Positions 17,795 through 25,581 of a DNA stretch of 56,982 nt are shown here, in pieces; positions within the stretch are counted from its first letter, which is position 1; each line of letters begins with the position of its first letter. The stretch lies in IMG/VR virus record IMGVR_UViG_3300045118_000170, positions 1 through 56,982 of that record; one strand, given 5' to 3'. This DNA is from a virus (Duplodnaviria; Caudoviricetes). The position numbers and the translations under genes were made by a program. The notes beneath the pieces are model-generated. The model was given only the letters and a program-made list of their open reading frames with translations, made no database searches and was not told the origin of the DNA.

Positions 17795-19837
17795 ATGCCG
17801 GGCCACTGGTACACCGACCCTGCTACGTTCCCCTTAGAAGGGCCATCGACGCTTCCCCCTTCGCCGTCGCCGTCATCGGATTGGTGGAGCCTCCTCCTCC
17901 CACTCGCCATTGGTGGAGGGGGAGCCCTGGGTTACCTCAATCCACAGGCAACAGGGAACCTCCTCCAAGCCGCCTCAATGGGGTCCCTTGTCCAAATGCG
18001 GGGCGAATACCAACGACAGCGGGAAGAGGGCCTTCGCCTTTCCGAACAGCGCATGAATGACCAGCTTCTCTCTGAGGCGGCTAAAGCAGGTAATCTAGGG
18101 GCGATTGACTCTATCCTTCAAAAAGGACTGGCAGAGCGGCTCTATACACCCGATGAAGCCCACCGCCGCCGCCTTGCCAATTCCGCGATTGCACAAGGCG
18201 CACAACTGAACCGTGCTATGGTTGGGGAGGCACTCAATCTCTCTCCGCATATGTGGGGCCAATCCCTACAGACGGGAGGCCAAGTTCAACCCTCCAGTCA
18301 AGCAACGGTGGGTCTTGCCCTCGGCTCAACACAGGGGGCACCTTCTTCAACCGTAGCAGGAGAACCAGCACCGTCACCTTCATCCTCTGGATTGCTGGAA
18401 GCCTACATTCCTCACGCTTTCAATGCCCCTACCACGACGGGGCAAAGCACAATCAACCTCCAAGTGGGGCAGGGAACCGTCTCCATCCCAGTGGACCCGG
18501 TACAACAAGCGATTCGGAAATACCTCCAAACTGAAATGGCGCAAGCCCGGCAAGAAGGGAAACTGGTAAACCCGGTTGATCTCTTTAATGCAATGAAGGT
18601 CGGGAATTCCCCCGCTGTCGCCGCCCAAGTCAGCATTCTCCAAAAGGCGAATTTTGACGCGACTTATAGTCAAGCGGTGGAGAGGGGGATGCCCCCGCTT
18701 CTTGCTACCCACCTCGCTTTCCGCAGTTCTGGGTACTTTCCAGAAGGTGAACGCGGTCGTTACCTCGCCCCAAACCTCGAAGAACTCAGCAAGGCCCAAA
18801 TTACGAGTGCGTTGGCCTCACCCATTCAGGGTCTTGTGCGGAATGTCGCCGATCTTCAAGTGGACCCACACACACTGGTAGGCCGCTTTGACCCGCAAGA
18901 AAACGCTTTGAATATCGCGCAAACCAGCAACCTCCCCCTCGACGCGGCACAAATTAGGGAGGTGCTCCGGGGCTTTGAAGGCAGCACCCAACAAGTGTTT
19001 CTCGCCCTCCAACGCCGTGGCATCTCTCCTCCGGAAGCGGCGGTGCTCACAGCCCAAATTCTCCCCAACATCCCGCTTGCACCTTCCATTCAACGGATGT
19101 TAGACCCCGCCACGACGTTTGGAGAGGCAGCGGCTCGTACCCTGCTTCCATGGGCCACCCCGCAACAAGTTGGGCGGGCGGCACATGAGTTTGAGGCGCA
19201 GGCCGCTGTCGCGCATTCACCTGAAAGCGGGATGACCCTAGAGGCGGTAAAGAAGCAAGGACAGGCACCGGACTATTTAGACCTGGCAGGGAAACTCGCA
19301 CAGACGAAGGCGGAAGCAGAACGCCGAGCCGCCATCACAATCCCGGAGCGCGTGTCCACCGAAGAGAGGGGGCAAGCACAACGCCGAGCTAACCAAATTG
19401 AGGTGGGGCGGAGCCTTCTACAACAGGCCCAAGAACACCCAGACTGGTTCGGGGGAGCGGCTGGGTGGCGAGGGAAGAAAAGGGCTTTTCAGGCTTGGAT
19501 GGATACGGCTCCCCCTGGTTTTACGGATTTCAATAATGACGTAAAACGATTGCGAGCTGAGTTAATTAATGCACTGGCTGGAGCCAACATTGGACCGGCT
19601 GAGTATGACATCTACCTCTCGGTGTTCCCCGATGTGACCAGCAACAGCTCACAACAGTTTATCTCGAACACCAAAAAAACGCTCCAAAACATCCAACGGC
19701 TTGACGCCATTGCAGCCCGCATTCAAGTCCGTGAAGGGCTCCTTACCCCCCTCCCATCGGAAGCTGAACGGCAATTTTTACCCGAAAACCCAACCATGCT
19801 TAAACGCCTCAAACAAGGGGCGGGGATGATCCCCTAA
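17795..19837 (+). CDS. Large internal virion/DNA transfer protein
   Basis: 680 aa helical protein; C-terminal 'LAGANIGPAEY..FP' pattern of ejection proteins. Confidence 0.6.
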   Translation: MPGHWYTDPATFPLEGPSTLPPSPSPSSDWWSLLLPLAIGGGGALGYLNPQATGNLLQAASMGSLVQMRGEYQRQREEGLRLSEQRMNDQLLSEAAKAGNLGAIDSILQKGLAERLYTPDEAHRRRLANSAIAQGAQLNRAMVGEALNLSPHMWGQSLQTGGQVQPSSQATVGLALGSTQGAPSSTVAGEPAPSPSSSGLLEAYIPHAFNAPTTTGQSTINLQVGQGTVSIPVDPVQQAIRKYLQTEMAQARQEGKLVNPVDLFNAMKVGNSPAVAAQVSILQKANFDATYSQAVERGMPPLLATHLAFRSSGYFPEGERGRYLAPNLEELSKAQITSALASPIQGLVRNVADLQVDPHTLVGRFDPQENALNIAQTSNLPLDAAQIREVLRGFEGSTQQVFLALQRRGISPPEAAVLTAQILPNIPLAPSIQRMLDPATTFGEAAARTLLPWATPQQVGRAAHEFEAQAAVAHSPESGMTLEAVKKQGQAPDYLDLAGKLAQTKAEAERRAAITIPERVSTEERGQAQRRANQIEVGRSLLQQAQEHPDWFGGAAGWRGKKRAFQAWMDTAPPGFTDFNNDVKRLRAELINALAGANIGPAEYDIYLSVFPDVTSNSSQQFISNTKKTLQNIQRLDAIAARIQVREGLLTPLPSEAERQFLPENPTMLKRLKQGAGMIP

Positions 19838-19839
19838 AC

Positions 19840-21987
19840 ATGGCGGACTCTCCAACACTGGTGGAGCAATTCCATACGGGCGTCATTAACCAAGATGTAA
19901 ATTGGGAACGGCGCACCCGCGATCAGCAGTTGTTAATTACACAACGCTGGCTCCAGTCTCAATACCCCGACTTCGCCTCTATTCCCGGAACGACGCCGCA
20001 AGGACAGGCGCTTCGGGAACGGTTCACGGACGAGTTTCTCACGCAAGCCGCAGAACCGACGACAGCGGAGCAGTTTCAGGACCTCGCAGAGGACTGGGGA
20101 CCGGCCCTCGCGGGAGGTGTCGCCGCCGTCGCCACCAAGCAGCTTCCGACCCCCCTCCTATCGAGGCTTGGCGGGCGCATGGGGGCGTCCGCCCTCGCTA
20201 GTGGTGTAGGGGGCGGAGCCGGACAAGTCGCATTTGAGCAACTCCGCCCTGTTACGACGACACTTCCTCCTTCTTCGTTGGCGACATCGCTGGAGCACGG
20301 GGCTGAAAACGCGCTGATGTATCCGCTGTTCGATCTGGGCACTCAAGGCGTTGTGCGTGGGTTGGGCGCCTTCCGCCAACGGGCTTTTGCGCCGGGTGCT
20401 ACGACATTTGCGACCCGTGAGGCTCGTGCCGCGCTTGAACCACAAGGCGCGACCTTGAAGCTGTCCCAACTGAGCCAAGACGTTCCTCTCATCCCCGGAT
20501 TGGCGGAAGGCTTAGGAGAAGCAGGAGTTGGTGGCCGCCTCTTTATGAAGGCAATGACGACGGATATGGAGCAGGCGGTGAGCCAACTGGCCCAGCAAGT
20601 GGAGGAACAACTCGTTCCACGCCTCGGCTCCTTGACCAAACTCGGCCAACGGACACTCAAGCACTACAACCTCGCCCACGAAGCCAAGCAAGCGATTGGA
20701 GCCGGGCATTTTGCTGTGGTTGATCAGTTGTCTCAAGGAGGTGTCACAGTCCCGATGTCGTCCGTTTTACGGTACATGACGATTGGCCCTTCTTCCCAAG
20801 AACTCGCTCGCCAGTTCGAGATTCGTGAAATTATCAAGGAGGGCAAACCGCCCATTCCAGGCTACGCTGGACCACGGGCCTTATTCGAGGCGGCAAGTTC
20901 CGCTGGCCCCCAACGCACATCTTTTACAGATGCTCAACGGATTCGGAGTGAGTTGCTCCGCATTGGGCGCGAGAATGAAGGAGCCGCAGACCCCGTACAG
21001 CGACAGGCTGGACGCCAAGCCTCAATCATGGCGCAGGAACTCCTTGCTCAGATGGATAAGGCGGCATTGAGGTTCGATCCGACGGGGAAGGCCGCCGCAT
21101 CCTACAAGTTTGCTCGTGACTTCTGGCGGGATGAAATCGCCGAGAAATTTGAGAATGATCTCATTGTGCGTTTTGCCAAGCGGCTTGAAACAGACCCTTC
21201 ACTCATTGCTACGATGCTGCGCTCCAAATCCCAGTTCGATACCGCTCTTGCTGTGAAAAACGCTATTCCAGCACGATGGGAGACCATCCGTCATTACATG
21301 ATCCATGATATTATCGAGGACGCGGTGAAGCCGTCCGCTGAAGCCTTGGGGATGCCTGGACGCCGCACGATGGTCGGAACGCAGCCCGCTCACATCGACG
21401 GAAAAAAGCTGCTGGCGGGGTTTAACGCGCTTGGAAGGGACTACCAAGCCTTCTTGCTCGAAGGGACGACACAGGGGGACCTGCAACGGTTTGCGCTCGC
21501 ATTAGAGGTCGCGGAACGGAAAGCCCCTCAATTTGGAACAGTGGCCGTTCTCCTAGGCCAAGCGACGGCTTTAGCGGCGTTAAGCGCAACCCCTTTTGGA
21601 GGCCCCTCGGTTACGCCAGCCAACGTTATGGTGCTTGCTGGACCGACGGCCCTTGGTTACGTCCTTTCACGTCGTTCACTTCTCCGTAACATCGCCGACG
21701 GTGTCTTAGGCCAGAATACCGAACTCGTCGCCCGGACCGTGGCCTTCGCCAACGCGCAAGCCTTCGCACAGGAGGCGAAGGACTTTTTGGATACGCAAGT
21801 GAAAGCCGGTTCCTTGACGGCGCTCCCCAACCTGCCTGGACCTCGCCTCACTCAAGGGGGATCACCCCCCTCGCGGCTTCCGGCCCAACCGCCGACACCG
21901 CACCCACCGTCCATTTCGACACTCCCCGACCTACCAGAGCGACTGCTGAAAGCCCAGCCATTGACGCCGCTCGGCGCTGACTACTAG
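19840..21987 (+). CDS. Large internal virion/DNA transfer protein
   Basis: 715 aa Ala-rich helical protein with Gly-zipper segments; last gene of the structural operon. Confidence 0.6.
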   Translation: MADSPTLVEQFHTGVINQDVNWERRTRDQQLLITQRWLQSQYPDFASIPGTTPQGQALRERFTDEFLTQAAEPTTAEQFQDLAEDWGPALAGGVAAVATKQLPTPLLSRLGGRMGASALASGVGGGAGQVAFEQLRPVTTTLPPSSLATSLEHGAENALMYPLFDLGTQGVVRGLGAFRQRAFAPGATTFATREARAALEPQGATLKLSQLSQDVPLIPGLAEGLGEAGVGGRLFMKAMTTDMEQAVSQLAQQVEEQLVPRLGSLTKLGQRTLKHYNLAHEAKQAIGAGHFAVVDQLSQGGVTVPMSSVLRYMTIGPSSQELARQFEIREIIKEGKPPIPGYAGPRALFEAASSAGPQRTSFTDAQRIRSELLRIGRENEGAADPVQRQAGRQASIMAQELLAQMDKAALRFDPTGKAAASYKFARDFWRDEIAEKFENDLIVRFAKRLETDPSLIATMLRSKSQFDTALAVKNAIPARWETIRHYMIHDIIEDAVKPSAEALGMPGRRTMVGTQPAHIDGKKLLAGFNALGRDYQAFLLEGTTQGDLQRFALALEVAERKAPQFGTVAVLLGQATALAALSATPFGGPSVTPANVMVLAGPTALGYVLSRRSLLRNIADGVLGQNTELVARTVAFANAQAFAQEAKDFLDTQVKAGSLTALPNLPGPRLTQGGSPPSRLPAQPPTPHPPSISTLPDLPERLLKAQPLTPLGADY

Positions 21988-22000
21988 CTACGACTTCGAC

Positions 22001-22102
22001 CTACTTCCTCGAAAGGGGCCGTTCCACCCACCAGCCGACGAGACGAGCGACTCCCAGGACTACGATAAACCCGATGAGATCAACAAAGGGTGCGTGCCTC
22101 AT
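22001..22102 (-). CDS. Small TM protein (not in ORF track)
   Basis: RBS GGGGAGG; MRHAPFVDLIGFIVVLGVARLVGWWVERPLSRK. Confidence 0.45.
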   Translation of the reverse strand: MRHAPFVDLIGFIVVLGVARLVGWWVERPLSRK

Positions 22103-22322
22103 TGAGCGCCTCCCCAATGGTGCAATGCCGTATAGTACAGTCACGGGTTGAAAAGCACCGCTCTACCCACGCCTTCTTAATCTGCTGACGAACTCGCAAC
22201 CATGAACAGGAGCAACTTGGAGGGGCGCATGGCTCGATGGATAACACCTCTCCCTTGAATAAAGGAGTGCCTGCCCCCTCAATGGCTACAAGGTCCCCGA
22301 CCTCAAAAGGCCTGTTCGACAT
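22080..22322 (-). CDS. SH3/KOW-like paralog family member
   Basis: PFEVGDLV ... IRHCTIGEAL. Confidence 0.75.
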   Translation of the reverse strand: MSNRPFEVGDLVAIEGAGTPLFKGEVLSIEPCAPPSCSCSWLRVRQQIKKAWVERCFSTRDCTIRHCTIGEALNEARTLC

Positions 22323-22563
22323 CCCCTATCCCTCCTTCCTGGAGAAAAGCGCCCACCGTAAGCCGTTCGAGGTCCCGATGCTCTGCTGTTGAGACGCGAC
22401 TGTGGCGTGTTCCGTCTTTTTCCAGGATTACGAGATGGTGACACCCACATGACGCCAGTGGACAAGCGATACTTTCAATAATCATTCCCTGAATACGCCC
22501 ATGCGAGGGGATTGTAACCGAAACGTGCTCCCCCACTTCAAAAGGCCGTGTTTGTCCCGCCAT
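22303..22563 (-). CDS. SH3/KOW-like paralog family member
   Basis: PFEVGEHV ... LERLTVGAFL; start inferred at MAGQT. Confidence 0.75.
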   Translation of the reverse strand: MAGQTRPFEVGEHVSVTIPSHGRIQGMIIESIACPLASCGCHHLVILEKDGTRHSRVSTAEHRDLERLTVGAFLQEGGIGDVEQAF

Positions 22564-23179
22564 CTTTGCTGGAGGCATGGCGAATCGCCAGGTCCTCCCT
22601 CCCTCCACCACATTCAATGAGGAGATGCTTCCCTACAAGGTCCACCAAGCTGGAGCAAAAACGAATCGACTCATGCCCCTGCACGGCCCCGGCAGGCTCA
22701 AACTTGGTATTCAATAGCAAGTCCCCCACCTTGGAGATGGGGGCTCCATATTGCAGTGACAAGGACACCAACCGCGCAATGACATCATACAACCCCACTA
22801 CCTCCGCCGTACAGTCCTTCCCTTTCACGCGAATAAACAACTCTTTGAGGGGGCGAGCCATGTCCGTTGTCAAGTAGACGGTCCTCCCCCCGGCCTTCAT
22901 TTTCCAGGTAATACAGCCTCGTCGGGCTGGCAGGGCTTGTCGATTCACGGGTACACGACCTCCTTGTACCCAACTGGGAGCAACCGGGCGGGGCCACATT
23001 GAGATAGGACGTTGAGGGACAGGGAGGACATCGGCCTTCACCCCCTTTTTCGCTAAGCGTACTCGCTCATTATGCATGAGCAGATGCCGCATACACCGCA
23101 CCCGCCCAGGCACCGCAGGCCCCATACAATCATGGCACAGAACGGTGGCGTGTTGGGTGTAGTCAATGGCCCGCAGCAA
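22538..23179 (-). CDS. Stand-alone TSCPD domain (class II RNR NrdJ C-terminal/NrdJb-like) with N-terminal Zn finger
   Basis: 'LPARRGCIT.K', 'VYLT', 'ELFI', 'ARLVSLSLQYGAP', 'KFEPAG', 'CSSLVDLV'; N-terminal CxxC..CxxH; start uncertain. Confidence 0.75.
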   Translation of the reverse strand: MLRAIDYTQHATVLCHDCMGPAVPGRVRCMRHLLMHNERVRLAKKGVKADVLPVPQRPISMWPRPVAPSWVQGGRVPVNRQALPARRGCITWKMKAGGRTVYLTTDMARPLKELFIRVKGKDCTAEVVGLYDVIARLVSLSLQYGAPISKVGDLLLNTKFEPAGAVQGHESIRFCSSLVDLVGKHLLIECGGGREDLAIRHASSKDGGTNTAF

Positions 23180-23372
23180 GCACCTCCCCGACCGTCGCAA
23201 GGCGCACGGTGTAGACCTGCGTACATTTGACTCCCAACTCACCGAGGTCGAGGTGGACCGCTTTACCATCGTTGCGCGTTCTGCCGCAGGGCGCAACCGC
23301 TTGGATACAAGCGACAGCAGATTCACCGTCCCCGTCTTGGACCAATACCCACTGTCCTACCTTAAAAGGCAT
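23163..23372 (-). CDS. SH3/KOW-like paralog family member
   Basis: MPFKVGQWV ... VRLATVGEVL. Confidence 0.75.
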   Translation of the reverse strand: MPFKVGQWVLVQDGDGESAVACIQAVAPCGRTRNDGKAVHLDLGELGVKCTQVYTVRLATVGEVLAAGH

Positions 23373-23562
23373 AGCCACGCTCACGGTTCTCGTGCCGGTA
23401 GCGAGCGAAACACTCCTCCCCGCACATAAACACCTCATCGACGATGGAGTACCAATACGTCCAGTCCTGGCACCCCGCGCATGGGCCGAAGTAGTCGCTC
23501 ACGCCCATCTCATCCATCACGTCGAAGGCTACGGCATTGGGGTATTTTTCGGTGTACTTCAT
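23362..23562 (-). CDS. Small Zn-finger protein
   Basis: CAGC ... CGEEC. Confidence 0.65.
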   Translation of the reverse strand: MKYTEKYPNAVAFDVMDEMGVSDYFGPCAGCQDWTYWYSIVDEVFMCGEECFARYRHENRERGYAF

Positions 23563-23789
23563 GTCACTCCCTTCACCGTAAGCACCTCCCTAACCGTCGC
23601 CAACCTGACGTGGTAAAACTGAGTACAGGCGACTTCGCCATCACCGAGGTCGAGGTGGAAAGCCGGAGGAAAGCCAGCAGGTTGACACGGGGAAATCGCC
23701 CGGATACAACCAACGACCGGCTTTATTTGCTTATTACGAGCCCACCGTCCCTTTTCAACATAAACCCACTGTCCAACTTCAAACGTCAC
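23559..23789 (-). CDS. SH3/KOW-like paralog family member
   Basis: MTFEVGQWV ... VRLATVREVL; close paralog of 23163-23372. Confidence 0.75.
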   Translation of the reverse strand: MTFEVGQWVYVEKGRWARNKQIKPVVGCIRAISPCQPAGFPPAFHLDLGDGEVACTQFYHVRLATVREVLTVKGVT

Positions 23790-24028
23790 GGTCGTTTCAC
23801 CTCGTTGAGTGCGGCGAACACCACGCTCAATGGAGCCGGTTTGGGGGCTCTGCTAACGTGGAGGTCGAGACGTTGCCCTATTACCGAACGGCCTCGAACA
23901 TGCCCACAAGCAGTTGTGTCCTTACCGCATGGTTTCCACCCATCAAACTGGAGGAGGATAGGGGGGTCATTCCCCCACGCCCTCGCTTCAACCCAATCCC
24001 CGACCTCGCACGTCCCTAACTGGTCCAC
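23786..24028 (-). CDS. SH3/KOW-like paralog family member (divergent)
   Basis: CEVGDWVE at the N-terminus; GTG start inferred. Confidence 0.55.
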   Translation of the reverse strand: MDQLGTCEVGDWVEARAWGNDPPILLQFDGWKPCGKDTTACGHVRGRSVIGQRLDLHVSRAPKPAPLSVVFAALNEVKRP

Positions 24029-25239
24029 CAATACACCACCTTTCGCTTCCCTAACCGGCCTTCGCACTCCTTCCATTCCACTTCCTCCCCCTGAATCAGG
24101 GTGGTGAGGCAGTCGTCCAGGTCCTTCGCTACCATTCCACGCCCCCCGACCTTGCGAAGGAGAGCCGACCGATCCATCTGTTGTTCCCGTTGGAGGAGTT
24201 CTCGCACATACTCCACCATCTCCGCCCTTGGTGTCACCTTGGACAGCCGAAGCGTTTTCGGCACCTCCCCCATGATCCACTCCCAGCTTTCAATCGCGGA
24301 CTCGACGTGCTTCAATTCGATGTTGGGTGGCACACTAGGGACTTGCGGCACCGCCTCGCAATCGGCTAAAGCGTGCAAGGCCGCAAAGCGATGGATCATT
24401 TCATCCCGCCGATTGAACACCGGGTCCGATTCAACGGTGGTCGGAGGGGGGACATCCATATACCACTGTTCCCTTCGAGTTGCGGCGTCCGGCGTCAAAC
24501 TCATCGCGCCTTGGAGCCACGTATACCCGGAAATACGCCAAAGCAGGTGTTCACGCACCTCCTCGACATCCTCCGGGAGGCGAATTTTTGGATGTCGCGT
24601 CGCGTGATCCCGTTGCCCTCGCACGGTCACAATGCGTGGGAAAAAGCCGCCCTCCATCGCATCCGTCGGCACCACACGCTTCAACCACTGTTCGGTACTC
24701 CCAGCCAGCCAGTTCAAGAGCGGGTCGATGAGGACGATCTGCCCGCTGGTCCGTGTCCCGTCCCGGTAAGGGTAAGGAGGGGGAATATACAACTCCGTCA
24801 TAAACGAGATCAACTCCCACCCGTGTTCCCCGGTTCGCAACGACGACCCCAATTCCTCCGTGACCAAGTACAGCTTCGAGTTGGTGAGGAGTGTCGTCCC
24901 ATCCGCTGCTTGCACCCCCTTCCCTAGTCGATCCAGAATATGCTGACGAGTGGCCCGCCCTGCATACAGGTTGATAATGTCGCCGCCCCCTTCATGGGCC
25001 AACTTCGCGGCTTTCGTGATCGCGTGTTCCTTCCCACTCCCACTTGGCCCCACCAACATGACGTAGAGGTTACATCGGACACGGCGGGCGTCATCGGCCT
25101 GCACCCAGACGCGATCCGCCACGGACGCCGCCAACACCGACATCGCCGCCCAATAGTGCCATTGAGCCGGAATTTCACTGTGGCCGCAATGGTGTAAGTA
25201 GAGACGGAGAAAGTTGGAGGTCCGGTCCAACTCACGCAT
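24016..25239 (-). CDS. DUF3987/YfjI-like P-loop NTPase (putative replicative helicase)
   Basis: 'SEIP..HYWAAMSVLA', 'NLYVMLVGPSGSGK', 'EEL', 'GGFFPRI'; adjacent to the DNA polymerase. Confidence 0.8.
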   Translation of the reverse strand: MRELDRTSNFLRLYLHHCGHSEIPAQWHYWAAMSVLAASVADRVWVQADDARRVRCNLYVMLVGPSGSGKEHAITKAAKLAHEGGGDIINLYAGRATRQHILDRLGKGVQAADGTTLLTNSKLYLVTEELGSSLRTGEHGWELISFMTELYIPPPYPYRDGTRTSGQIVLIDPLLNWLAGSTEQWLKRVVPTDAMEGGFFPRIVTVRGQRDHATRHPKIRLPEDVEEVREHLLWRISGYTWLQGAMSLTPDAATRREQWYMDVPPPTTVESDPVFNRRDEMIHRFAALHALADCEAVPQVPSVPPNIELKHVESAIESWEWIMGEVPKTLRLSKVTPRAEMVEYVRELLQREQQMDRSALLRKVGGRGMVAKDLDDCLTTLIQGEEVEWKECEGRLGKRKVVYWWTS

Positions 25240-25581
25240 CTATCTCTCCTTTCGCAGCCACTCGTGAATCGTGCGTTCGATGCGAGACAACCCACCCGGC
25301 ACATAGCGAAGTGGGATTTGCCCATTCGCCCGTTCCCGTATTGTCTTTGAAAGCCCATGTCGGCAAAATTTAGAGATCAGTACCACATCGAAATCGAGGT
25401 CTCCCCGAAACGAGGTAATGGCGTGATCGCTTTTTTGTCCGGTAAACGTCAAGTCAACGGGATGGTCTTTGAGCCACCGCGTCAAGTCCCGCGTTTGCGC
25501 CTCCATCAACCCGGCAACGAGGACCCGTAAAGGTCTTGTACGACCCGCTCGAACTCCTGGCGGCTGGGAAGCCGTTTCCAT
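25240..25581 (-). CDS. DUF2325-like Rossmannoid protein
   Basis: 'RVLVAGL', 'DVVLISKFCRH', 'YVPGGLS'. Confidence 0.55.
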   Translation of the reverse strand: METASQPPGVRAGRTRPLRVLVAGLMEAQTRDLTRWLKDHPVDLTFTGQKSDHAITSFRGDLDFDVVLISKFCRHGLSKTIRERANGQIPLRYVPGGLSRIERTIHEWLRKER

